Of a stretch of 64,000 nucleotides of DNA, positions 18,081 to 27,942 are shown one piece after another; positions within the stretch are counted from its first letter, which is position 1; every line of letters starts with the position of its first letter. Below the pieces are notes generated by a model, which did no database searches, was not told the origin of the DNA, and worked only from the letters and a program-made list of their open reading frames with translations. Both the position numbers and the translations under genes were made by a program. Source of the stretch: Gemmatimonadota bacterium (GTDB taxonomy: Bacteria; Gemmatimonadota; Gemmatimonadetes; Gemmatimonadales; Gemmatimonadaceae); assembly GCA_014192065.1 (NCBI GenBank), contig BJHH01000003.1:248751-312750 (forward strand), read 5' to 3'.

Positions 18081-19664
18081 TCACGAACTGCGGTGGCGCC
18101 CGAACACGGACTCGAGGACGTCACTGATCTCGCCCACCGTTCCGCGAGCCCGCACCGCATCGATCAGGCAATCCATGAATGCACCGCCCGGCGTGCCGAG
18201 TGCGGAGGCCGCCACGCGAAGCGCGGCGAGCGCATTGGAAATCGTCTCGGCGTGGCGACGCGCACGCGCGTCCCCCAGCCGAGCCACCTGTTCTCGCTCA
18301 AGCGCACGGAAATCCGGCGCAGGAATGATCGGCACGGGCTGGCCGTCCTCGTACTTGTTCACCCCGACCACGATCCGTTCGGCCGACTCAACGGCACGCT
18401 GATCGTCGTACGCGCTGCGCGCGATCTCGTCTTGAAGGAAGCCGCCATCGATGGCCTTCACCGCACCGCCCTTCGCCTCGACGTCCGCGAGCAGCTGCAT
18501 CACGCGCTGCTCGAGCTCGCTCGTGAGCGACTCCATGAAATACGAACCGGCGAGCGGGTCAACGGTGTTCGCGACGCCGCTCTCGTACGCAACGATTTGT
18601 TGCGTGCGGAGCGCGAGCGTCGCCGCGTCGGCCGTGGGCAGCGCCAGCGCTTCGTCGTAGCCGTTCGTGTGCAGCGACTGCGTGCCACCAAGCGTCGCGG
18701 CGAGCGCTTGCATCGTCACGCGCACGACGTTGTTGAGCGGCTGCTGCGCCGTCAGCGTCACCCCACCGGTCTGGGTGTGAAACCGCAAACGACAGCTCGC
18801 ATCGGATGCGTCGTAGCGGCTACGCATGAGCCGAGCCCAGATGCGGCGCGCGGCGCGGAACTTGGCGACTTCTTCGAACAGGTCGCTATGGCAGGCAAAG
18901 AAGAACGAGAGCCTTGGCGCGAAATCGTCCACCGCGAGGCCGGCCGCGACCGCCGTATCGACGTACGCGAGCGCATTCGCGAAGGTGAACGCGAGTTCCT
19001 GCACCGCAGTCGCGCCCGCTTCGCGCATGTGGTAGCCCGAGATCGAAATCGGGTTCCAGTTCGGCACCGATTCCGCGCAGAACCGAAACGTCTCTGCAAC
19101 CAGCTTGAGCGACGGCGCTGCCGGATAGATGTAGGTGCCGCGGGCGACGTACTCCTTGAGGATGTCATTCTGGATCGTCCCCGAGAGTGCCTCGCGCCCC
19201 ACGCCGCGCTCCTCGCCGACCACGACGTACATCGCGAGCAACGTCGACGCCGTCGCGTTGATCGTCATGGACGTGGAGACTTTGTCCAGCGGGATCCCTT
19301 CCAGCAGCCGATGCAGGTCGTCCACGGTGTCGATCGCGACACCGACACGCCCGACCTCGCCCGCGGCGCGCAACGAATCGGAATCGATTCCCATCTGCGT
19401 CGGCAGGTCGAACGCCACAGACAATCCGGTCTGTCCGGCCGCCAGCAGGTGTTTGAACCGCGCATTGGTCTCGGCCGCGGTACCGAAGCCCGCGTACTGT
19501 CGCATTGTCCAGAGCCGACCGCGATACATCGACGGCTGGATGCCGCGTGTAAACGGAAACAGACCGGGATCGGCGAGATCGCGTGAATAGTCCGCGGCCG
19601 CGTCGGCGGGTCGATACACCGACGCCACCGGAATCCCGCTCGGAGAGAGTCGCTCGTCAGCCAT
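18081..19664 (-). CDS. Methylmalonyl-CoA mutase family protein, catalytic (N-terminal) subunit only
   Basis: 527 aa. FPFTRGIQPSMYRGRLWTMRQYAGFGTAAETNARFKHLLAAGQTGLSVAFDLPTQMG is the conserved acyl-CoA mutase TIM-barrel N-terminus. The ORF ends before any DxHxxG B12-binding domain. Confidence 0.88.
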   Translation of the reverse strand: MADERLSPSGIPVASVYRPADAAADYSRDLADPGLFPFTRGIQPSMYRGRLWTMRQYAGFGTAAETNARFKHLLAAGQTGLSVAFDLPTQMGIDSDSLRAAGEVGRVGVAIDTVDDLHRLLEGIPLDKVSTSMTINATASTLLAMYVVVGEERGVGREALSGTIQNDILKEYVARGTYIYPAAPSLKLVAETFRFCAESVPNWNPISISGYHMREAGATAVQELAFTFANALAYVDTAVAAGLAVDDFAPRLSFFFACHSDLFEEVAKFRAARRIWARLMRSRYDASDASCRLRFHTQTGGVTLTAQQPLNNVVRVTMQALAATLGGTQSLHTNGYDEALALPTADAATLALRTQQIVAYESGVANTVDPLAGSYFMESLTSELEQRVMQLLADVEAKGGAVKAIDGGFLQDEIARSAYDDQRAVESAERIVVGVNKYEDGQPVPIIPAPDFRALEREQVARLGDARARRHAETISNALAALRVAASALGTPGGAFMDCLIDAVRARGTVGEISDVLESVFGRHRSS

Positions 19665-19688
19665 GGATGATCGGAGTCAAATCCACCG

Positions 19689-20699
19689 CTACTTCGCGCC
19701 GAGCATCTCGCGTGCGATCGCGATGTCACCCTTACTACCGACATATACCGGCGTACGCTGGTGCAACTCGGTCGGCTGCACGTCGAGCATGCGCTGCGTC
19801 CCGTCGGTGGCCGCGCCGCCGGCCTGTTCGCAGATGAACGCGAGCGGATTGCACTCGTACAACAGCCGTAGCTTGCCACCCGGGCTCTTGGCGTTCGCGG
19901 GGTACGCGAAGACGCCACCGCCAAGCAGGTTGCGATGGAAGTCAGCGACCATGGAGCCGACGTAGCGCACGTTCATCGCTTTGCGCTGGCCATCCAGCCC
20001 GCGGTAGCGGCGCATCAGCGCGCTCACGGGCTCCTGCCAGTACTGCTCGTAGGCGTTGTTCACGGAGAGGTAGGCGCCCGTTTCGGGCATCCTGATATTG
20101 GGGTGCGAGAGCAGGAACTCCCCAAGGAGCGGATCGAGCGTGAACCCGTGCACTCCGTTGCCGGTGGTGTAGACCAGCATCGTGCTCGAACCGTAGATCA
20201 CATATCCGGCAGCAACCTGAGCGGAACCTGGCTGCAGCGCATCCGCAATCGTGCCGTGCGTACCGTCGGTTTTCTGCGGCAGCACCGAGAAGATCGTCCC
20301 GACGGGAACGTTCACGTCGATGTTCGACGAACCATCCAGCGGATCGAACAACAACACGTAACGACCAGTGGAGAACTTCTCGGGAATCGGGATGAGTGTT
20401 TCCGCCTCTTCCGATGCCATGCAGCATAGCCGCCCGCCATGATCCATCGCCTTGATGATGGTCTCGTTAGCGATGATGTCGAGTTTCTGCTGGACTTCGC
20501 CCTGGACGTTCTCCAGTCCCGCGGAGCCGAGTACGTCTGCGAGGCCAGCCGATCGCACCTTGTTAGCGATCATTTTGGCGGCGAGCGCCAGGTCGGTCAG
20601 GATGCCAGAGAGCGCCCCGGTGGCACCCGGATGCTCGCGTTCCTGTTCGATGATAAAGCGGTCGATCGTGACGACCGATGTTGCGGTATTGCGCACCAC
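19689..20699 (-). CDS. fbp: Fructose-1,6-bisphosphatase class 1
   Basis: 336 aa. Contains LFDPLDGSSNIDVN and GKLRLLYECNPLAFICEQAGG, the class I FBPase signatures. Confidence 0.92.
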   Translation of the reverse strand: MVRNTATSVVTIDRFIIEQEREHPGATGALSGILTDLALAAKMIANKVRSAGLADVLGSAGLENVQGEVQQKLDIIANETIIKAMDHGGRLCCMASEEAETLIPIPEKFSTGRYVLLFDPLDGSSNIDVNVPVGTIFSVLPQKTDGTHGTIADALQPGSAQVAAGYVIYGSSTMLVYTTGNGVHGFTLDPLLGEFLLSHPNIRMPETGAYLSVNNAYEQYWQEPVSALMRRYRGLDGQRKAMNVRYVGSMVADFHRNLLGGGVFAYPANAKSPGGKLRLLYECNPLAFICEQAGGAATDGTQRMLDVQPTELHQRTPVYVGSKGDIAIAREMLGAK

Positions 20700-20731
20700 G
20701 ATGCGGATTCGCCCCGGTGAGATGTCAGCAG

Positions 20732-22807
20732 TTAAGGTCGAACCCCACGCGGAGAAAGGGAAGACCGGAGCGGCACTTCAGTGTCACCGTCATAGAGGAC
20801 ACGGCCCTCCGGATCAGTGCGCAGCACAATCGAGCCACCGCGGTCGGTTCGCGCTACCAAGATGCCCCGTGCGGCGAGGGTGTCGAGCAATAGGGGCGAT
20901 GGATGGCCGTATCGATTGCGTGCGCCAACGGAGATCAGGGCGAGCGACGGCGCGACGGCGTCGAGGAAGGGCCCGCGCGTACCGGTGGCACTGCCGTGGT
21001 GTGCCACCTTGAGGACGTCGGCCCTGAGTGCGGACGGATCGCGCGCCAGCAACCACTCCTCCTCAGGCCACTCGGCGTCGCCAGTGAGCAGGATGCGCAC
21101 GTCGCCGAATCGCACGCGCAGCACCGTGCTCGCAAGGTTGGGATCATCGAGCCCCGCGTTCCATGCCGAGTCGGGCGCGAGCCAGGTGATGACCACGCCG
21201 TCGATGAAGGTCGAGTCACCGGGACGCACGCGATGCCAAGGCACGCCGCGCTCCTGCGCCGCGATCAGCGCTGCCCGGTACGACGGACTCGTGCCGGCGA
21301 ACGCGGCGTCGCGGATCTCGGCGGGTTTGAGTAGCGAAATGAGCGGCGCGGCTCCGCCAACATGATCGTCGTGCGGGTGCGTCATCACGAAGAGCGCCAC
21401 ATCGCCCCCGAACCGGCGCAGATAGGGCACGACGATGCGGCGACCGGCGTCGCCCCCGCCCCGCCCGCCGCCAGCGTCCACGACGATCCACCGCCCCTTG
21501 GGCGTTCGCATCGCGATCGCGTCACCCTGCCCGACGTCGATGACGTGTAGCTCGAGCCCGGCCGCCGCCCGCGGGACGATGGGCCACCAGATCATGGCAA
21601 CGAGCGCCAACGCACCGACGGTCGCGAACTCGTGGCGATGCCGCTGCGATGCGGCGGCCCCGGTGACGCCAACTGCGACCAGTCCACCGAGCAGGGCCAC
21701 CGCGAGCGATGGCGCGACGATGACCGACGCGTATGGCACGGCACTCCCCGCGACGGCGACGGCGTCCAGCGCGCGCACGAAGATCCGCGCGCCGTCCGCC
21801 GCCACTTGGGCGACCGACTCACATGGCGCGAGCACGAGCGCGAGGAAGAGTGCGGGCTGCATCAGTGCGACGATGGGTGCGGCCACGAGATTCGTCAGCG
21901 GCGCGATGAGGCTCGCGCGTCCAAAATACCAGGCCACGAGTGGCGCCGTGACGAGGCTCGCGAGCACCGAGACGGAGAGATCGGTCGCGATCTGGCGCTT
22001 CGCCCCGCGCCACCGTGGCGCGAGATGTCGGCGCGACCAGAGCGTCGCCGCCGTGAGCGCGGCAAATCCGGCCACGCTGAGCTGGTAGCCGAGGTCGGTG
22101 ACCACCTGCGGGTCGATCGCGATTGGGACGGCGGCGCCGAGTGCGAGCGTGGCCCAGGGGGACACGGGCCGCTGCAACGCCCACCCGGCGGTCGCCGCTG
22201 CCAGCATGGCCGCACTACGCACGGCCGGAGGTGGAGCGCCGATGGCCGCGACGTACACCGCCGTAAAGAGGACTGCCAACCAGCGAGCGAGCGAGGCCTG
22301 CACGCGCGCCGCGCGCAAGGCCAGGAGCAGAGCGCCGGAGATGATCGCGACATGCATCCCCGAGATCGACAGGACGTGGACGAGCCCAGCGCGGGCGTAC
22401 CGATCGCGCACGTCGTCCTGGAGATCGCGTGTGTCGGCGATGAGCAGTGCACGGACCACGCCCGCGTCGTCGCCGAAGAGCGTGTCGATTGAGGCGCCCG
22501 CCTTGGCGCGCCAGCGCTCGAGCGGACCTGCGGCTGCGGCAACGCTGCTCCCGGACGCCGGTCGTGCGCCGACGTGCACATCACGGGGCGCGTGACGGGG
22601 TGCGTGCGCACCGGTCGCTGCCCGATCGACCGCGACCATCGCGCCGACCGCACTGATGAGCAGACAGGCACCGAGCGTAGCACGGCGCGTGACGAGCATC
22701 GCGACGGCCGCTGCCGACGCGACCGTGGCAACCGCACGACCCACCCCGCCAAATCCGGCGAGGAGCCCACTGGCGTAGGCAATAACAGCGAAGGCGATGA
22801 GGGGCAT
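20732..22807 (-). CDS. comEC: DNA internalisation-related competence protein ComEC/Rec2
   Basis: Polytopic membrane N-terminal and central region (competence domain: SGMHVAII, LSVAGFAALT), plus a C-terminal metallo-beta-lactamase domain (LHVIDVGQGDAIA, THPHDDHVGG, KVAHHGS). Start is ATG 22807 (MPLIAFAV) or ATG 22849. Confidence 0.85.
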   Translation of the reverse strand: MPLIAFAVIAYASGLLAGFGGVGRAVATVASAAAVAMLVTRRATLGACLLISAVGAMVAVDRAATGAHAPRHAPRDVHVGARPASGSSVAAAAGPLERWRAKAGASIDTLFGDDAGVVRALLIADTRDLQDDVRDRYARAGLVHVLSISGMHVAIISGALLLALRAARVQASLARWLAVLFTAVYVAAIGAPPPAVRSAAMLAAATAGWALQRPVSPWATLALGAAVPIAIDPQVVTDLGYQLSVAGFAALTAATLWSRRHLAPRWRGAKRQIATDLSVSVLASLVTAPLVAWYFGRASLIAPLTNLVAAPIVALMQPALFLALVLAPCESVAQVAADGARIFVRALDAVAVAGSAVPYASVIVAPSLAVALLGGLVAVGVTGAAASQRHRHEFATVGALALVAMIWWPIVPRAAAGLELHVIDVGQGDAIAMRTPKGRWIVVDAGGGRGGGDAGRRIVVPYLRRFGGDVALFVMTHPHDDHVGGAAPLISLLKPAEIRDAAFAGTSPSYRAALIAAQERGVPWHRVRPGDSTFIDGVVITWLAPDSAWNAGLDDPNLASTVLRVRFGDVRILLTGDAEWPEEEWLLARDPSALRADVLKVAHHGSATGTRGPFLDAVAPSLALISVGARNRYGHPSPLLLDTLAARGILVARTDRGGSIVLRTDPEGRVLYDGDTEVPLRSSLSPRGVRP

Positions 22808-22894
22808 GGAACCGGGCGACGAGTCCACGCACGCTGCACCACCGGCCAACTCAACGCGTCATCAGATTCCTGCGATCCGAACCAGTTCGCGGCA

Positions 22895-24223
22895 TCAGCG
22901 CGCAACCGGCAGCGGCGCGCGCGCAGCGACGGGCGTTCCCGTATACGTCGACCCGGTCGTCCCGGTGAGTTCCACCGTGAGATAGTCGCCGATCTCGGCG
23001 GACTCGGCGGGCACCATCACGCTGCGGAAATCCCGCGAACGCGCCTGGCGCAACTGCCCGCCTCTCTTCGCTTCCTTTTCCACCAGCACTTCACGGCGTT
23101 CGCCGAGACGCGCCATGTTGCGACCCCGCGCGATACCGCGCACGACCTGCAACAGTTCGGTGTATCGGCTATTGACGACTTCTTCAGGCACCGTCAGTTC
23201 GGCTGGCAGGCGGGTAGCGGGAGTGCCCTCGCGCGGCGAGAACTTGAAGGTGAAGGCGTCGTCGAAGCCGACCTCCCGCGCGAGCGAGAGGGTGTCCTCG
23301 AACTCGGCGTCGGTCTCTCCGGGGAACCCGACAATGATGTCGGTTGTGATGCTCACACCCGGAATCGCCGCGCGGAGGCGGGCCACGCAGTCGATATAGC
23401 CTTCGCGGGTGTAGCGACGCAGCATCCGCTTGAGCATCGACGTCGAACCCGACTGCGCGGGCAGGTGCACGTGCTCGCACACCGTCGGCACCTCGGCCAT
23501 CGCCCCGATGACCGGATCGGTAAAGTCGTTCGGATGCGGGCTGGTAAATCGCACGCGGCGGATGCCGTCCACGGCCCCGACCGCGCGAAGCAGATCACCA
23601 AAGTGGCCGCTCCCGTCGTTCCACGAATTGACGGTCTGACCGAGCAAGACGACTTCGGTGAGTCCCTGCGACACCACGTCGCGAGTTTCGCGCACGACAT
23701 CGGCGAGTGCGCGGCTCCGTTCGGACCCGCGTGTGTACGGCACGATGCAGTAGGTGCAGCGATAGTCGCAGCCGCGCTGCACCGGAATCCAGGCCTTGAC
23801 CCCTTCGAAGCGGCGCGCCTGAAAATCCTCGTAGTGTTCTTCGAGATCGAAATCGGTCGCCAGCGCGCGTTCGCCGTGGCGGGCGCCATCAATGAGTTCT
23901 GGCAGCGACCGATACGCATCGGGGCCGACCACGAGCGATACGCGGGTCTCCGCATCGAGCAAGCGCTGGCCGAGCCGCTGGGCCATGCATCCCGTCACAC
24001 CGAGCACGGTGTCGCGCTTCATATGCCCCTTGAGCTCACCGAGCCGGCCTAGCACGCGCTGTTCCGCGTTGTCGCGCACAGCGCAGGTATTCACGAGGAT
24101 GACGTCTGCGCCCTCGGGATTCTCGGTGTGGTCGTAGCCGGCAGCCGCGAGCTTCCCGAGCATGAGCTCGGAGTCGGCCACATTCATCTGACAGCCGTAA
24201 GTTTCGAGATAGACGCTGGGCAT
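22895..24223 (-). CDS. miaB: tRNA-2-methylthio-N6-dimethylallyladenosine synthase
   Basis: 442 aa from ATG 24223 (MPSVYLETYGCQMNVADSE). Radical-SAM CDYRCTYCIVP cluster and a C-terminal TRAM domain. The ORF-track start (24361) is over-extended. Confidence 0.92.
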   Translation of the reverse strand: MPSVYLETYGCQMNVADSELMLGKLAAAGYDHTENPEGADVILVNTCAVRDNAEQRVLGRLGELKGHMKRDTVLGVTGCMAQRLGQRLLDAETRVSLVVGPDAYRSLPELIDGARHGERALATDFDLEEHYEDFQARRFEGVKAWIPVQRGCDYRCTYCIVPYTRGSERSRALADVVRETRDVVSQGLTEVVLLGQTVNSWNDGSGHFGDLLRAVGAVDGIRRVRFTSPHPNDFTDPVIGAMAEVPTVCEHVHLPAQSGSTSMLKRMLRRYTREGYIDCVARLRAAIPGVSITTDIIVGFPGETDAEFEDTLSLAREVGFDDAFTFKFSPREGTPATRLPAELTVPEEVVNSRYTELLQVVRGIARGRNMARLGERREVLVEKEAKRGGQLRQARSRDFRSVMVPAESAEIGDYLTVELTGTTGSTYTGTPVAARAPLPVAR

Positions 24224-24225
24224 CG

Positions 24226-25446
24226 TCAGGAAATGTACCGGCCAGTGGGCCGCGGTGGCTCCACAGGTTCCGGGGGCAGTTGGATGAAGAAAGTACTCCC
24301 CTCTCCCTCCGTGCTCGTTACCCAGATCCGGCCGCCGTGCGACTCCACGGCCAACCGGCAAAACGTCAGGCCGAGCCCTGAACTGCGCACACGGGGCGCA
24401 TGCTGCGCCCGCACCTGCTCAAACTTCCTGAAGATGATCTCCTGGTAGTCCACGGGAATTCCGGGCCCGTTGTCCGTCACCGTAAACAGGATGCCGCCCT
24501 CATGGCGCCGCGCTGCCAGGGCGATCGTCACCGGGCCGGGCGAGTGGTTCACGGCGTTCTGCACGAGGTTCGACAATACCCGCTTGATGAGCGCCTTGTC
24601 AGCGGAAATAACCGGTGCGTCATCGGCGACGTCCACGCTCGCCGTCGCGCCCTCCTGCTGAAAGCGCAGCTGCCAGTCGTACACAATTTCGGAGAGCAGC
24701 GCCGCTGGGGCGATCTGTTCCGGCGCGAGCGCGAGCGTGCGTTCCTCGATCCGCGACACCTCGAGCAGGTCCTCGATGAGGCCGAGCAGGTCTTCGGCTT
24801 TCCCTTCGGCGTCCGAGAGGCCGCGCGACTGGGGTTCGGTGAACGCACCGAAGTCGCCGTCGCGCATCATCTCGAGCGTAGCGAGGATCGACGTCAACGG
24901 CGCCTTCAAGTCATGCACGATCATCTTCATCAGGTCGTCGCGTACTTTCTGCAGTTCGCGCAACCGCTTGAGGCTCTCCTCAAGCGCGTCGGTCGCGCCC
25001 TTGAGTTTGAGCAGCGATTGCACGCGAGCGTTGAGGACCGGCCGGTGGTACGGCTTGTTGAGAAAGTCGTCGCCGCCCGCCTCGATCGCCTTCACGCGGT
25101 CCGACGTCTCGCTCAGCGCGGTAACGAACACGACCGGGATACGCGCGGTGCGCGGATCGCGCTTGATTCGGCGACAGACTTCAAACCCCGCGTCACGGTC
25201 GCTCACACCGAGATCGCCCGCCGGCATCGAGACGTCGAGGATCACGAGGTCCGGCTGATGCTGGATGGCCGACGCCACCGCGGACATCGCATCGCGCGCC
25301 ACGACGACCCGGAAGCCGAGTCCGTCGAGCTGGTCCATGAGCAATTCGACGTTTGCTTCCGCGTCGTCGGCGACGAGGATGAGCGGTGCGCCCTGGCGCT
25401 CCGCCGGCGGCTGGGGTGCGGCCGGTGGTCCTGCCGTGGAGGTCAC
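24226..25446 (-). CDS. Hybrid response-regulator receiver / histidine kinase (REC-HisKA-HATPase), cytoplasmic
   Basis: 406 aa. N-terminal REC domain (LILVADD..DLVILDVSMP..FLNKP), H-box HDLKAPLTSI, N-box NLVQNAVNHS, G1 DNGPGI and G2 GLGLTF. No transmembrane or obvious sensor domain. Confidence 0.85.
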   Translation of the reverse strand: MTSTAGPPAAPQPPAERQGAPLILVADDAEANVELLMDQLDGLGFRVVVARDAMSAVASAIQHQPDLVILDVSMPAGDLGVSDRDAGFEVCRRIKRDPRTARIPVVFVTALSETSDRVKAIEAGGDDFLNKPYHRPVLNARVQSLLKLKGATDALEESLKRLRELQKVRDDLMKMIVHDLKAPLTSILATLEMMRDGDFGAFTEPQSRGLSDAEGKAEDLLGLIEDLLEVSRIEERTLALAPEQIAPAALLSEIVYDWQLRFQQEGATASVDVADDAPVISADKALIKRVLSNLVQNAVNHSPGPVTIALAARRHEGGILFTVTDNGPGIPVDYQEIIFRKFEQVRAQHAPRVRSSGLGLTFCRLAVESHGGRIWVTSTEGEGSTFFIQLPPEPVEPPRPTGRYIS

Positions 25447-25459
25447 GGCGCGCGGCGCA

Positions 25460-26623
25460 TTAGGGGCGGATGCCGATCCCGACGCTCACCAGCCACGATT
25501 TCTCGGAGATACCCGGCACGTTGCGCGTCGCCCTACTGGCGCCGACATCAAGGATCGTGCGACCACCGATGAATGGCACCCCGATGCCACCGCCGATCGA
25601 CGACTCGGTCACGGCCGTTGCGCCGTAGGTAAATGGCAGCCCGCGCGTCCGGTATCCAGCACGAAACAATACGGGCGTGTTCGAGATTCTCGGGCCGGCG
25701 ATTTCCGTGCCGATGGCCATGTCAACTGCATCCTTCAGCCCGAGCGACGAGGACCCGAGCCCGCGCAGGTCGCTCCACCGCTCGGTACCGATGCGGACAC
25801 TGAACACCGATCCGGAGATCCCGTCGTACGACGCCGACATGCCCGCGCGGAACGGGATCTTCCCTTCACCGACTTTTGTCGAATCGCCGAGTCGCATCGC
25901 CAACTGCCCACCGAGCCGCAGGTCACCGCTCAGGATCAGATGTGCTTTCGCCACCACGTACACCGCGCCCAACGACAGCGCGCTGCCCGCAAAGGTGTAG
26001 GCGTTCGTGACGTCGAAGTTCCCCGCGTGCACCGAATCGGAGAAGATGCGACCGACACTCACCTTGTTGTCGCCAGGGTACAGGTGCACAGCGCCACCAA
26101 CGTGGAAATACTCCGTGAACGTCCACGCTACTGCCAACCGCGCGTCGGCAATCCCGCCCACACTCTGCGTCAGCACCGTCGACGCGATGCGCTCGCTGCC
26201 CAACGACTGCGTGTCGGCGTAGGTGTTGATCCAGGTTCGATCCATGAGCGACGAGAACGAGAGCGCGACGGTCGCCTTGTTTTGATGTCCCGTCACCATG
26301 AACAGGGGGAAACGTGACGTCGTGGTTTTCGTACTGTTTCCGCCGATCGTGACCGTGCGGAACTCTGGCTCGTACTGGCCGTACGCCTGGAGCCGGCCAT
26401 TGAGCACAATGGAAGCCGGGTTCAGCGGCGTCTGCGGGTCGATGCCGGCCAGCGCCGAACCCGAGCCCTGAGAACGCGCGCTCTGACCGCCGATGGGGTA
26501 ACCGAAACCCTGCATCGACAGCGATCCCTGCGCCGCTGCCGGCGAGACCGGAGTCGCCAGCAGCGCCGCCAACAGAGTGCTCCCGGCGCCGACCGTTACA
26601 CACACCCGCGACGTCATACGCAT
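25460..26623 (-). CDS. Outer-membrane beta-barrel protein, FadL/OMPP1-like (tentative)
   Basis: 387 aa from ATG 26623 (MRMTSRVCVTVGAGSTLLAALLATPVSPAAAQ signal peptide). The mature N-terminus SLSMQGFGYPIGGQSARSQGSGSALAGIDPQTPLNPASI resembles the FadL-family hatch region. Alternating beta-strand pattern throughout. The start overlaps the lipoprotein stop by 1 nt (TGATG). Confidence 0.5.
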   Translation of the reverse strand: MRMTSRVCVTVGAGSTLLAALLATPVSPAAAQGSLSMQGFGYPIGGQSARSQGSGSALAGIDPQTPLNPASIVLNGRLQAYGQYEPEFRTVTIGGNSTKTTTSRFPLFMVTGHQNKATVALSFSSLMDRTWINTYADTQSLGSERIASTVLTQSVGGIADARLAVAWTFTEYFHVGGAVHLYPGDNKVSVGRIFSDSVHAGNFDVTNAYTFAGSALSLGAVYVVAKAHLILSGDLRLGGQLAMRLGDSTKVGEGKIPFRAGMSASYDGISGSVFSVRIGTERWSDLRGLGSSSLGLKDAVDMAIGTEIAGPRISNTPVLFRAGYRTRGLPFTYGATAVTESSIGGGIGVPFIGGRTILDVGASRATRNVPGISEKSWLVSVGIGIRP

Positions 26624-27942
26624 CAGGGAACCCCGAAGCCGATTTTCGGAATGTAGGTGATCCGCATCGTCGGCCTGAGCCCGGCACTGGCCGACGAGGA
26701 GTAGAACGCGGCCACGCGCGGAAAGGTGCCTTCGTTGGCTGCGGTCAGCACCACGGCGCGCGCCGGTGCGTTGGGCGAAGCCGACTGGGCGGCCCACTGC
26801 CGCACCAGCGCGTAGAGCTCGAGGGTGCGCTGTCCCGAGTCGCGCGGCACCACCGCTAGCGAATCGGTGATCACAAGACCGGTCACGCCAATGAGCGTTG
26901 ACGCCCGTCGGTTGTCGGTGATGAACTGCGAGGCCAGCACGATGTGCGGGTGAATGATGACCGAGTCGCTCGGATCGCCGAACGGATACCGCGCCTGCGT
27001 CAACCGAAGCGTCGCGCGAATGATCGTCGTCGAGTCCGTGATGTTCTTCGGGAGGTTGAACCGGAGGTAGACGCGGCGGCCGGGAACGCCGCCGAGCATC
27101 ATCGTGCCCGGAAGCGTCGGCAGTGTGTTCTTCTCGACCAGCATGTAGTCCATCAGGTCGCGCCGTACATCAGCACGGTCGGCCGGTCCGGCCGATGCCG
27201 GAGCGATCACGAGGGCACGGGCCGACGTGTCGTTGGACGGACGGTACCAGAGGTAGGCGGCGGCGCTGCTCTCGACGCTCCCAATGCGGAACGCGACGGG
27301 CCCCTTGCCCGTGACACGAATGGCAATGCGCATCCGGCCCTTGGTCACGGGCAACGTGTCGCGCACATGCGCGAGCACCGCCGAGTCCTTGAGCGATACG
27401 TATAACGAGTCGATCAGTTGCGCCTTTGCGTACTTGCCGCCACCGATCCGGTATTGCGGCTTGAGGCGCGCCAAGATCGGAGCCGCGGCCGTGTCGTCGG
27501 CGGTACCGGCGTCGACGTCGTAGATGTCGATGTTCACACTGTCCGGGATCGACGCGCGGGCCAGGTCGATCATCAGGCGGATTCGTGCGGAATCGACGTA
27601 GGTGATCGACCGCGCGGTGTCGAGCGCTGGTAGATAGAAGGTGCTGAGCGAGTCATAGCGCACCACGACCACGGTCTGCAGGGTGTCGCCGCGCGAAACG
27701 AGCGGGAGGAAATACTCCGCGCCTCGACCAGGGAATCCGTCATAGGTGCTGTCGAACGCCAGGACCGGATTGATGATCGTGTCGCGAATCTCAACACCCT
27801 GACCCGGGCAGAGCGGCGACGAGGCGGAACAGACACCGCCGCTGTCGAGCGACTCGCGGCAGGCGCCAAGCAGCGCGGCGCCAGCAAGTAGGGCCAGCCC
27901 GAGCAACGACCGACGACTGGCAAGAAACGGTCTACCGCGCAT
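26623..27942 (-). CDS. Hypothetical lipoprotein
   Basis: 439 aa from ATG 27942 (MRGRPFLASRRSLLGLALLAGAALLGAC, a lipobox-type signal). No recognisable catalytic motif. The start overlaps the cdd stop by 1 nt. Confidence 0.55.
   Translation of the reverse strand: MRGRPFLASRRSLLGLALLAGAALLGACRESLDSGGVCSASSPLCPGQGVEIRDTIINPVLAFDSTYDGFPGRGAEYFLPLVSRGDTLQTVVVVRYDSLSTFYLPALDTARSITYVDSARIRLMIDLARASIPDSVNIDIYDVDAGTADDTAAAPILARLKPQYRIGGGKYAKAQLIDSLYVSLKDSAVLAHVRDTLPVTKGRMRIAIRVTGKGPVAFRIGSVESSAAAYLWYRPSNDTSARALVIAPASAGPADRADVRRDLMDYMLVEKNTLPTLPGTMMLGGVPGRRVYLRFNLPKNITDSTTIIRATLRLTQARYPFGDPSDSVIIHPHIVLASQFITDNRRASTLIGVTGLVITDSLAVVPRDSGQRTLELYALVRQWAAQSASPNAPARAVVLTAANEGTFPRVAAFYSSSASAGLRPTMRITYIPKIGFGVP

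Noticed and set aside
18048-19586. 512-aa plus-strand ORF antisense to the methylmalonyl-CoA mutase gene
   Set aside because: High-GC antisense artefact. The minus-strand frame carries the conserved mutase sequence.
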